Assembly: GCA_036261615.1 (NCBI GenBank)
Contig: DATAKK010000007.1
Span: 41,399 to 65,398, forward strand
Reading direction: 5' to 3'
Length of the DNA: 24,000 nucleotides
Source of the DNA: Propionibacteriaceae bacterium
Lineage (GTDB): Bacteria > Actinomycetota > Actinomycetes > Propionibacteriales > Propionibacteriaceae
Each line of letters starts with the position of its first letter. Position 1 is the stretch's first letter. Both the position numbers and the translations under genes were made by a program. This document shows, one piece after another, positions 7,540-16,462 of the stretch. The notes beneath the pieces were generated by a model that was given only the letters and a program-made list of their open reading frames with translations, ran no database searches and had not been told where the DNA came from.

Positions 7540-7612
7540 AGCCCCCGGAGGGAGTCGAACCCTCGACCACTCGCTTACAAGGCGAGCGCTCTGGCCGCTG
7601 AGCTACGGAGGC
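7540..7612 (-). tRNA. tRNA-Thr (anticodon UGU), 73 nt, CCA not encoded
   Basis: The manual fold of the minus strand is GCCTCCG-TA-GCTC-AGCGGCCA-GAGC-G-CTCGC-CTTGTAA-GCGAG-TGGTC-GAGGG-TTCGACT-CCCTC-CGGGGGC-T. This gives a 7-bp acceptor stem (one G-U pair), a T-loop TTCGACT, and an anticodon loop CT-TGT-AA. Confidence 0.9.
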
Positions 7613-7685
7613 GGGACGCCGGGCGTCTGCAACATTGTGCCGCATCGGGCACGACCGCCCGCCGCCTCGGGGCGGCCGGACGGAC

Positions 7686-8858
7686 TCAGACGCCGGCCGC
7701 CGCCACGACGCCCCAACCCTCACCGCTGAGGCGCACGGACTCGCCCGCGGGCGCGAAGGCCGCCGTGCCGGCGTCCAGGCGCAGCCCCCGGTCGTCGACG
7801 AGCGAGCCGCCGAGGACGAGCACCACCCGGGCCCGGTCGCCGCCCGGCAGGTCGACGGCCCGGTCGGGGGCCGCCTCCATCCGCCACAGCCGGAACTCCG
7901 GCTCGCCGGCGGGGTACTCCCACAGCCCGGGGGCCCGCTCGACCGCCGGCACGAGGTCGGGGGACGCCGGGTCGAAGCTCACCACCCGCACCAGTTCGTC
8001 GATGTCGATGTGCTTCGAGGTGAGGCCCCCGCGCACGACGTTGTCGGAGTTGGCCATGATCTCGACGCCGGTGCCCCGCAGGTAGCAGTGCAGGTTGCCG
8101 GCGGGCAGGTGCACGGCCTCGCCGGGCTGGAGCACCACCTTGTTCATGAGCAGCCCGACGATGACGCCGGGGTCGCCGGGGTAGTGCTTGACGAGGTGGA
8201 GGGCGGTGGCGGCGAAGTCGCCGATCTCGCCCCCGTCGTGGACATGGCGCTCGGCGGCCGCGGTGATCTCGAGGACGTGCTCGGGGCGGTCGCCCGAGCG
8301 CAGCACGTCGAGGAACACCTCGGCGAGCGCAGCACCACCGCGACGGCTGAACAGCGGGCCGATGAGGTCGCCGAGCAGGTGCACGACGCCGAGCCCGTCG
8401 AACAGGCTCCGCGTGTCGTCGGGGTCACGGAACCCGCACAGGGCCGTGTACTCGGTGAGGGCCAGCACCATCTCCGGCTTCGGCCAGTCGTCCTTGTAGG
8501 TGCGCAGGGGATCGGCGACGGGGATGCCCGCCTCGTTCTCGCGGGCGAACCCCTCGACGGCCTGGCTGCGGGTCGGGTGCGCCTGCAGCGACAGCGGGGC
8601 GGACGCGGCGAGGATCTTGAGCAGGAACGGCAGCCGGTCGCCGTACGCCGCGCGGCTCGCCTCGCCGAGCACCTCCGGGTGCTCGGCGATGAACGCGTCG
8701 AGCGCGACGGAGTCGCTCAACCGCGACGGCGCGCTGGTGTGGGCGCCGTACCAGGCCTCGGCGACCGGTTCACCGGTCGGGGGGAGTCCCAGCAGCCGGG
8801 GGATCGCGTCGGTCGAGCCCCAGGCGTAGTGCTGCAGGGTTTCGTGCAGAAGGTGCAT
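7686..8858 (-). CDS. manA: mannose-6-phosphate isomerase, class I
   Basis: 390-aa ORF starting MHLLHETLQHYAWGSTDAIPRLLG, with LPFLLKILAASAPLSLQAHP and VHLPAGNLHCYLRGTGVEIMANSDNVVRGGLT, the class I PMI zinc-binding and cupin motifs. Confidence 0.9.
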   Translation of the reverse strand: MHLLHETLQHYAWGSTDAIPRLLGLPPTGEPVAEAWYGAHTSAPSRLSDSVALDAFIAEHPEVLGEASRAAYGDRLPFLLKILAASAPLSLQAHPTRSQAVEGFARENEAGIPVADPLRTYKDDWPKPEMVLALTEYTALCGFRDPDDTRSLFDGLGVVHLLGDLIGPLFSRRGGAALAEVFLDVLRSGDRPEHVLEITAAAERHVHDGGEIGDFAATALHLVKHYPGDPGVIVGLLMNKVVLQPGEAVHLPAGNLHCYLRGTGVEIMANSDNVVRGGLTSKHIDIDELVRVVSFDPASPDLVPAVERAPGLWEYPAGEPEFRLWRMEAAPDRAVDLPGGDRARVVLVLGGSLVDDRGLRLDAGTAAFAPAGESVRLSGEGWGVVAAAGV

Positions 8859-8860
8859 GG

Positions 8861-9922
8861 TCAGCGTCCCTCATCGATGGCGGCGCGCCAGGCGGCGAGC
8901 ACGGCGGCGGCGTCCCGGGTGGCCTGGTGGGGCACGAGCGGGCTGGTGGTCTCCCCGGCGCGGAGGCAGCGCGCGACCTCCTGCGCCTCGAACGTGAACC
9001 CGTGGCCGGGCACGGTGGCCGTGTACTCCTGCGGTTCGGGGTCCCCGTGCCGGGCGTCGGAGGGGGCGGCGGTGACTGTCATCGAGCGCGGCCCGACGAA
9101 GTTGGTCGGGAAATCGACCCTGCCGTGCTCGAAGACCACCGACAGGCTCTGGGCGGGACCGCACTCGAGCGACGCCATGAGCGACGCGGTGGCCGCCGGG
9201 CGGTGTTCGTCGCCGTGCCAGCTGAGCAGCGCCGTCGAGTGTCCGTCGACCCCGGTACTCGTGAGCGACCCGCTCGCCACGACGGCGTCCGGGCGCCCGA
9301 GCAGCAGCAGCGCCGCGTGCACCGGGTAGACGCCGAGGTCGAGGATCGCGCCGCCGGCGAGGTCGGGGTTGAGCAGCCGGTGGTCGGGCGGGCCGTCGAA
9401 GGGGAAGGCGAAGCTGCTCGCCACGTGGCGCACCGCGCCGAACCGGCCGTCGCTGACGAACTCGGCCAGCTGGCGGATGAGCGGGTTGCACCGGGTCCAC
9501 ATGGCCTCCATGCAGAACAGCCCGGACCGTTCGGCGAGGCCCAGCAGGTGGTCGGTGTCGGCGGGGGACGCCGTGAGCGGCTTCTCGACGAGTACGTGCT
9601 TGCCGGCGCGCAGGCAGATCTCGGCGGCCTCCCGGTGGTGCGAGTGTGGCGTTGCGACGTAGACGACGTCGACGTCCGGATCGGCGGCGAGGTCCTCGTA
9701 GCTGCCGTGGGCACTGGGGATCGAGTGGTCGGCGGCGAAGGCCCGGGCGTGACCACGGTCGCGCGAGCCGACCGCGACGACGCGGGCGTCCTCGGGGATC
9801 TGCTGCAGGTCACGGGTGAAGGTGGCGGCGATGCCGCCGGTGGCGAGGATGCCCCATCTCACCGGCCGGTCGGATGGCAGCGGAGGGTAGGCCCCCTGGG
9901 GCGCCGTCGGCTCAGAGCTCAT
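8861..9922 (-). CDS. Gfo/Idh/MocA family NAD(P)-dependent oxidoreductase
   Basis: The N-terminal Rossmann motif VRWGILATGGIAATFTRDL, followed by HVLVEKPLT, is typical of the family. The stop lies 2 nt before the manA start, so the two are probably one operon. The start is uncertain: ATG 9922, ATG 9931 and ATG 9958 are all in frame. Confidence 0.8.
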   Translation of the reverse strand: MSSEPTAPQGAYPPLPSDRPVRWGILATGGIAATFTRDLQQIPEDARVVAVGSRDRGHARAFAADHSIPSAHGSYEDLAADPDVDVVYVATPHSHHREAAEICLRAGKHVLVEKPLTASPADTDHLLGLAERSGLFCMEAMWTRCNPLIRQLAEFVSDGRFGAVRHVASSFAFPFDGPPDHRLLNPDLAGGAILDLGVYPVHAALLLLGRPDAVVASGSLTSTGVDGHSTALLSWHGDEHRPAATASLMASLECGPAQSLSVVFEHGRVDFPTNFVGPRSMTVTAAPSDARHGDPEPQEYTATVPGHGFTFEAQEVARCLRAGETTSPLVPHQATRDAAAVLAAWRAAIDEGR

Positions 9923-10011
9923 GGCCACCATCCAAACACGTCGCGACGAGGGCCGCACGCGGGGGCACGCCCGTGAATGACACGCCTGTCATTTCGATCT
10001 AGACTCGCGCC

Positions 10012-10281
10012 ATGTCCACCGCCCACCACGAGGCCGAGAGCGAGCTCAGCGAGCGCGACGCGGCCATCCTCGACTTCGAGCGCACGTGGTATCAGCTCGG
10101 ACCCCGCGACCAGGAGATCCGCGAGCGGTTCGGCCTGTCGACCACCCGCTACTTCCAGGTGCTCAACGCGCTCATCGACACACCCGAGGCGTTGCGTCAC
10201 GACCCGCTCCTCGTCAAGCGGCTGCGTCGGCTCCGTGAGAGCCGCCAGCGCGAGCGCAGCGCCGCCCGGCTGCGGTCCTGA
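10012..10281 (+). CDS. DUF3263 domain-containing protein
   Basis: 89-aa ORF. LSERDAAILDFERTWY ... IRERFGLSTTRYFQVLNALIDTPEALRHDPLLVKRLRRLRE matches the actinobacterial DUF3263 family as I recall it. TAGACT at 10000-10005 lies 6 nt before the ATG and there is no SD sequence, which suggests a leaderless mRNA. Confidence 0.8.
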   Translation: MSTAHHEAESELSERDAAILDFERTWYQLGPRDQEIRERFGLSTTRYFQVLNALIDTPEALRHDPLLVKRLRRLRESRQRERSAARLRS

Positions 10282-10337
10282 CCCTGCCCGACGCCCGGTG
10301 CGACGTCCCGCTGCCTCCCGCGTCCCCTCCTCTCCGG

Positions 10338-10405
10338 CGTACGTTCGCGACGTACGTTCGCTGCTCTTTCGCGTCGCGAACGTACGCGAAAGCAGCATTC
10401 GTACG
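10338..10405. repeat. CGTACG-rich direct/inverted repeat cluster forming alternative hairpins between convergent genes
   Basis: CGTACGTTCGC occurs at 10338-10348 and 10351-10361 as direct repeats with a 13-nt period. Its exact reverse complement GCGAACGTACG is at 10376-10386, and a fourth CGTACG is at 10400-10405. A second stem pairs GCTGCTCTTTCGCG (10360-10373) with CGCGAAAGCAGC (10385-10396). Confidence 0.6.
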
Positions 10406-10452
10406 CCGCTCGACCCGGGCGGTCCGCGCTCAGGGACGCCGGCGGCGCGAGG

Positions 10453-10953
10453 CTAACCAGGGGTCGGTCTCGCCCGGCCGGCAAGGGCCCGAAGAGCCCG
10501 CAGCCCGTCCGGCACGCTGCGGCGGGGCGACTCGCGGTAGCCGCCGGCGTCCAGGCCGGCCTCGCGCTCGAAGAAGTTGGCGGACGCCCTGTCGCCCGTG
10601 CGCAGCCACGACCAGCCCATGAGCACGGTGTAGACCGGCAGGTAGGGGAGTCCGCACGCGTAGGCGTACTGCCACGTGTGGTTCTCCTCGTGCTCGAGGA
10701 TGCCGGGGATCGCGCGGGCGAGGTCGTCGAACGACGGGCTCGCCGTAGTGACGACGTTGCCGATCGTGAAGGCCCCACCGGTGGGGAAGCGGTAGCGGTA
10801 GCCCTCGGCCAGCCACAGCCCGCGGTCCCCCCGGCGCAGCCGCGCCCGCCCCGCCAGGGCGACCCCCAGGCCGACGGGCGTGGACAGGTTGAGCCAGTTG
10901 CCGACCTCCCGGGCGACGACGAACGGGCGGTCGGTCCGGCCGGGGCCGCTCAT
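10453..10953 (-). CDS. hypothetical protein with HExxH motif (HEENH), translationally coupled to coaBC
   Basis: This is the C-terminal 166 codons of the 783-aa ORF 10453-12804, starting at ATG 10951-10953. That ATG overlaps the coaBC stop (ATGA at 10950-10953). The composition is natural and rich in W/Y/F/N (GILEHEENHTWQYAYACGLPYLPVYTVLMGWSWL), unlike the Arg/Pro/Gly-rich upstream part of the ORF. I do not recognise the family. Confidence 0.6.
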   Translation of the reverse strand: MSGPGRTDRPFVVAREVGNWLNLSTPVGLGVALAGRARLRRGDRGLWLAEGYRYRFPTGGAFTIGNVVTTASPSFDDLARAIPGILEHEENHTWQYAYACGLPYLPVYTVLMGWSWLRTGDRASANFFEREAGLDAGGYRESPRRSVPDGLRALRALAGRARPTPG

Positions 10954-12170
10954 CGGGCGGAGCCGGGCAGCGCGGCGAGGACGGCGTCCCAGACGGCGTC
11001 GGCGACCGCCCGCTTCGAGCCCGAGGCCTCGGCGATGACGGCGCCCCCGGCCGCGAGGACGACGACCGTGTTGTCGGACGCCTCGAAGCCGATGGTCCAG
11101 CCCACCTCGTTGACGACGAGCAGGTCCGCGCCCTTGCGGGCCAGCTTCCGTCGGCCGCGCTCGAGCAGTTCCTCGCGACCGTCGACCGTCTCGGCGGCGA
11201 ACCCGACGACGACCTGGCCGGGCCGGCGTGCGGCGACGAGCGCGGCGAGGACGTCGTCGGTCTGGACGAGTTCGAGGGTGCGGGTGGGGCCGGCCGCCGA
11301 CTCCTTGGTGAGCTTGCGCTCGGAGAGCGTGGCCGGCCGGTAGTCGGCGACGGCGGCGGCCATCACCACCGCGTCGGCACCGGACGCCGCCCGGCTCACC
11401 GCCGCCTGCAGTTCGGCCGCGGTGCCGACGCTCACGGTGGTGATGGCCGGGTGCACCGCCTCGGCGAGCACACCGGCGTCCACGTGCGCCGCCACCAGCG
11501 TCACCCTGGCCCCCCGGTCGGCGGCCGCGCGCGCGAGCGCGACGCCCTGGCGCCCGCTCGACCGGTTGCCGATGAACCGCACCGGATCGATCGGCTCCCG
11601 GGTGCCCCCCGCCGACACGGTGACCTCCAGGCCCGCGAGGTCGCCGCGGGGGACCAGGGACAGGGCCCGCTCGGCGATCTCCTCCGGTTCGGACATCCGC
11701 CCCGGCCCGGAGTCGCCCCCGGTGAGATCGCCCTCGGCCGGGCCGACGACGTGCACGCCCCGCCGGCGCAGGGTCTCGACGTTGTGGACCGTGGCGGGGT
11801 GCTGCCACATCTCGGTGTGCATCGCCGGCGCCACGAGCACCGGTGCGGAGGTCGCAAGTAGGGTGGCGCCGAGCAGGTCGTCGGCCAGTCCCGCCGCCAT
11901 CTTCGCCAGGAAGTTCGCGGTGGCCGGGGCGACGACCACCAGGTCGGCCGACCGGCCGAGGGCGACGTGCCGCACCTGGGCGACGTCCTCGTAGACGGAC
12001 GTCGTCACCGGGTTGCGGCTGATCGCCTCCCAGGTGGTCAGGCCGACGAAGTGGAGGGCATCGGAGGTGGGAACGACATGGACGCTGTGACCCGCCTTCA
12101 CCAGCAGGCGCACGAGGTGGACGCTCTTGTAGGCCGCGATGCCGCCGGTGACTCCCACGATGATGACCAT
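10950..12170 (-). CDS. coaBC: bifunctional phosphopantothenoylcysteine decarboxylase / phosphopantothenate-cysteine ligase
   Basis: 406-aa ORF starting MVIIVGVTGGIAAYKSVHLVRLLVKAGHSVHVVPT (flavoprotein CoaC domain). The C-terminal CoaB domain has SAGGTREPIDPVRFIGNRSSGRQG and AAAVADYRP. GGGAGGA lies 7 nt upstream of the ATG. Confidence 0.92.
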   Translation of the reverse strand: MVIIVGVTGGIAAYKSVHLVRLLVKAGHSVHVVPTSDALHFVGLTTWEAISRNPVTTSVYEDVAQVRHVALGRSADLVVVAPATANFLAKMAAGLADDLLGATLLATSAPVLVAPAMHTEMWQHPATVHNVETLRRRGVHVVGPAEGDLTGGDSGPGRMSEPEEIAERALSLVPRGDLAGLEVTVSAGGTREPIDPVRFIGNRSSGRQGVALARAAADRGARVTLVAAHVDAGVLAEAVHPAITTVSVGTAAELQAAVSRAASGADAVVMAAAVADYRPATLSERKLTKESAAGPTRTLELVQTDDVLAALVAARRPGQVVVGFAAETVDGREELLERGRRKLARKGADLLVVNEVGWTIGFEASDNTVVVLAAGGAVIAEASGSKRAVADAVWDAVLAALPGSAR

Positions 12171-12205
12171 GGCCCGATCCTCCCATCGAGCGGCGATGGT
12201 GTCGC

Positions 12206-12970
12206 GTGTGCACGGTGATCGTGCGGGTGCCGGACGCCCCCGGCGCCCCGGTGCGGCTGCTGGCCGTCCGCGACGAGGACCCGGACCGTCCGTGGCAGCC
12301 GCTCGGGGCGTGGTGGCCCACGGAACGACCGGGGGTGGTCGGCGTCCGGGACGTACGCGCCGGGGGAGCGTGGCTGGCGGCGTCCCGGCTACGGCTCGCG
12401 GTGCTGCTCAACCGTTCGAGCCCGCCGGTGCCCGAGGGCCGGCAGCCGGTGTCGCGGGGAACAGTGGTGCTGGACGCCGTGGGCGGCCGGCTGCCGCTTC
12501 CCAGCCCGGCCATCTCCGGGTTCAACCTCGTCGACGTGACGAGCGGGGGCGCCCGCCTCATGTCGTGGGACGGGCTCGTGCTGGCCGACCGGCGGGTGCC
12601 GCCGGGCACGCACATGATCGCCCACCACGACCTGGACGACCCCCGCAGCGCCCGGATCGGCGCGTGGCTCGGCGCCTTCGCCGACGCCTCCACCGACGCC
12701 CCCTCGGGCTCGCCGGACGCCGCCTGGGCCCGCGGCTGGCTGGACATCCTCGCCGAGAGCGCGTCGCTGCACCCCCACGACGACCGGGCCATCATCCGCG
12801 ACAACCGGCCGCACGGCTTCCCGACGCAGTCGCTGCTGCTCTGCGTGGCCTCCGTCGGGCCCGACGGGGTGGAGGTTCGCTACGGCGAGCTCGACCGCCC
12901 CGGCCGGTGGAACGAGCCGGTGCTGCGGCCGGCGTCGCCGCCCGTCAGCGGTCGGCCAGCAGGGCGATAG
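12206..12970 (+). CDS. NRDE family protein (TANGO2/DUF833-like)
   Basis: GTG start at 12206. The product begins MCTVIVRV (the conserved N-terminal Met-Cys of the family) and carries [13 protein letters not shown], a variant of the NRDE motif. 254 aa. Confidence 0.7.
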   Translation: MCTVIVRVPDAPGAPVRLLAVRDEDPDRPWQPLGAWWPTERPGVVGVRDVRAGGAWLAASRLRLAVLLNRSSPPVPEGRQPVSRGTVVLDAVGGRLPLPSPAISGFNLVDVTSGGARLMSWDGLVLADRRVPPGTHMIAHHDLDDPRSARIGAWLGAFADASTDAPSGSPDAAWARGWLDILAESASLHPHDDRAIIRDNRPHGFPTQSLLLCVASVGPDGVEVRYGELDRPGRWNEPVLRPASPPVSGRPAGR

Positions 12971-13718
12971 CGGCGTCCAGCATCGGCTCGGTGAGCCGGC
13001 CGGTGAAGGTGTTCTGCTGGCTCACGTGATAGCTGCCGACCAGCCGGACCGGGTGGTCGCCGGCGTCCAGCGTGGTCGTGGCGGCGTGCGCGAACCGGGG
13101 CCGGGGCCTCGGCACCGACCACCCCACCCGGGCGGCCGCCGCCAGCGTCGACGTCCACGCGTGGCCGCCGAGCGCGAGTACGGCGTGCAGCCGGGGCCCC
13201 ATGAGCTCGAATTCGCGGTCGAGCCAGCCTCCGCAGGTGGCGAACTCGGCGGGTGTCGGCTTGTTCGCCGGCGGCGCGCAGTGCACCGAGGCCGTGATCC
13301 GGACGCCGCTCAGCCGCAGCCCGTCGCCGGCATGGGTCGCCGTGGGCTGGTTCGCGTACCCGGCGCGGTACAGCGCCGCGTAGAGCCAGTCGCCGGACCG
13401 GTCGCCGGTGAACATCCGGCCGGTGCGGTTGGCGCCGTGCGCGGCCGGGGCGAGGCCGACGACGAGGATGCCGGCGTCCGGGTCGCCGAAGGAGGGCGCG
13501 GGGCGTCCCCAGTAGGCCTGGTCGGCGAAGGCCGCACGCCGGGTGCGGGCGACCTCCTCCCGCCAGGCCACCAGGCGCGGGCAGGCCCGACACACACTCA
13601 CCCGGGCGTCGAGTTCGGGCAGCGTGGTGGCGCCGGCGGCGAGGGCCGCGACGTCGGCGGCCGAGCCGGCCACCGGCGTGTCCGGGCCGGCGGGGTCGTG
13701 GGGCCAGTCGCTGCTCAT
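12945..13718 (-). CDS. udgB: uracil-DNA glycosylase, family 5 (UdgB-type, Fe-S cluster)
   Basis: Motif A ([19 protein letters not shown]) is the family-5 form, not the GEAPG form of family 4. CRACPRL and HCAPPANKP supply the Fe-S cysteines, and HVSQQN is motif B. The chosen start is ATG 13716-13718 (MSSDWP); the longer ORF to 13790 would run over the groEL CIRCE operator. The 3' end overlaps the NRDE gene by 26 nt. Confidence 0.8.
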   Translation of the reverse strand: MSSDWPHDPAGPDTPVAGSAADVAALAAGATTLPELDARVSVCRACPRLVAWREEVARTRRAAFADQAYWGRPAPSFGDPDAGILVVGLAPAAHGANRTGRMFTGDRSGDWLYAALYRAGYANQPTATHAGDGLRLSGVRITASVHCAPPANKPTPAEFATCGGWLDREFELMGPRLHAVLALGGHAWTSTLAAAARVGWSVPRPRPRFAHAATTTLDAGDHPVRLVGSYHVSQQNTFTGRLTEPMLDAAIALLADR

Positions 13719-13759
13719 GCCCCCAGCCTGGCACGCCGGAACCTGTCGGCCCGGGGGAC

Positions 13760-13786
13760 TTTGCACTCGTGGTGGGCGAGTGCTAA
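13760..13786. promoter_or_regulatory. CIRCE element 1 (HrcA operator) upstream of groEL
   Basis: TTTGCACTC-GTGGTGGGC-GAGTGCTAA compared with the consensus TTAGCACTC-N9-GAGTGCTAA has one mismatch. Its TTGCAC arm and a TAAACA hexamer 17 nt downstream resemble a -35/-10 pair. Confidence 0.85.
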
Positions 13787-13794
13787 ACATGATG

Positions 13795-13821
13795 TTGGCA
13801 CTCGGCTGTGTCGAGTGCTAC
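13795..13821. promoter_or_regulatory. CIRCE element 2 (HrcA operator) in the groEL leader
   Basis: TTGGCACTC-GGCTGTGTC-GAGTGCTAC conserves the GCACTC-N9-GAGTGC core exactly. It lies 117 nt upstream of the groEL ATG. Confidence 0.8.
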
Positions 13822-13916
13822 CTCGGAAACGGGTGGTGAGATCACCGGATCGTCCGTCGCGGGCACTGCCGGTTTCCAGCAGTCATTGACCACCGTTGGA
13901 GCCCACCGGCTCCTGA

Positions 13917-15563
<1,647 letters not shown>

Positions 15564-15586
15564 TCCTGCCTCCGGCAACGACATCG

Positions 15587-15615
15587 CGAGGGCGGTCCCA
15601 CCGGGGCCGCCCTCG
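15587..15615 (+). terminator. GC-rich hairpin downstream of groEL (putative terminator)
   Basis: CGAGGGCGGTCCC (15587-15599) pairs with GGGGCCGCCCTCG (15603-15615), giving 13 bp including one G-U pair and a 3-nt loop. It starts 24 nt after the groEL stop and has no U-tract. Confidence 0.55.
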
Positions 15616-15737
15616 TGCGCGTCCGGGTGCGGGGCGGGGTCGGGGTCAGCGGCGATTCAGAGCTTCCACATAGACTCGACAGGATCAGTCGGCGGCACGT
15701 CGGCGCGTCCACCACCCCGAAAGGTTCTGGTCCGCTC

Positions 15738-16409
15738 ATGCTCACCTGGTTCGAACACCTCATGACCGGCGTCCCGCCCTGGATCATCCACATCATCATC
15801 GGAGGCGTCGTCCTCATCGAGTCGATGGGCATCCCGCTGCCCGGCGAGACCGTCATCATCGCGGCGTCGATCCTCGCGACCGGCCACTACATCCAGATCT
15901 CGGCCCTCGGCATCGCGACCTCCGGCGCCATCGGGGCGATCATCGGCGACAGCATCGGCTACTGGGTGGTGCGGCGGCACGGCAACAAGCTGCTGCGCTG
16001 GATGCACCGCAAGTTCCCGAAGCACGTGGCCGCCGAGGAACTCGCGTGGACCGAGCACGTCTTCTCCCGCTACGGGTTCCCGGCGGTGTTCTTCGGCCGC
16101 TTCGTCGCCATCCTGCGGATGTTCGCCGGGCCGATCTCCGGGCTGCTGCGGATGCACTACTACCTGTTCCTCGTGGCCAACGCGCTCGGCGGCATCACGT
16201 GGAGCTTTGCCATCACCTACGCCGTGCACTTCCTCGGCCTGGCCGCCGACAAGTACTTCAAGGACGTCTCCTGGATCGCGTTGATCCTGTTCGTCGTCCT
16301 CCTCGCCGTCGCGGGGGTGTTCCTCCGCCGGCGCACCCAGAAACTGGTGCACGACTACTGCACCGCGAACCCGGACGCCGTCGAGCGCGCCAAGGAGCGG
16401 CTCGCCTGA
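15738..16409 (+). CDS. DedA family membrane protein
   Basis: ATG 15738 within ORF 15615-16409, 223 aa. It carries the canonical DedA motifs LIESMGIPLPGETVII, IIGDSIGYWVVRRHG and FPAVFFGRFVAILRMFAGPISG. The 41 upstream codons are Gly/Arg-rich and look non-coding. Confidence 0.9.
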   Translation: MLTWFEHLMTGVPPWIIHIIIGGVVLIESMGIPLPGETVIIAASILATGHYIQISALGIATSGAIGAIIGDSIGYWVVRRHGNKLLRWMHRKFPKHVAAEELAWTEHVFSRYGFPAVFFGRFVAILRMFAGPISGLLRMHYYLFLVANALGGITWSFAITYAVHFLGLAADKYFKDVSWIALILFVVLLAVAGVFLRRRTQKLVHDYCTANPDAVERAKERLA

Positions 16410-16462
16410 TCTCCCCTTGTCACACCGGCCCACGGGCCCGGCAGGAGGCGCCGGGTTAACCG

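Noticed and set aside
4999-7612. Genomic island integrated at tRNA-Thr
   Set aside because: I could find no integrase, recombinase or transposase, and no direct repeat of the tRNA 3' end downstream. The only signal is a modest GC dip confined to the membrane permease gene. It is kept as a low-key check under the exporter finding rather than called as a mobile element.
10954-12804. Upstream roughly 617 codons of the 783-aa minus-strand ORF 10453-12804
   Set aside because: It overlaps coaBC in another frame and the NRDE gene in antisense, and its composition is Arg/Pro/Gly-rich junk. Only the last 166 codons, after the ATGA junction with coaBC, look like a real protein.
13719-13790. Longer start (13790) for the uracil-DNA glycosylase ORF, and the GTG 1823 start for hsp20
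   Set aside because: The extensions would run across the groEL CIRCE-1 operator and promoter (udgB) or lack an SD sequence (hsp20). Internal ATGs with a purine-rich SD (hsp20) or G-rich stretch (udgB) upstream give family-typical N-termini.
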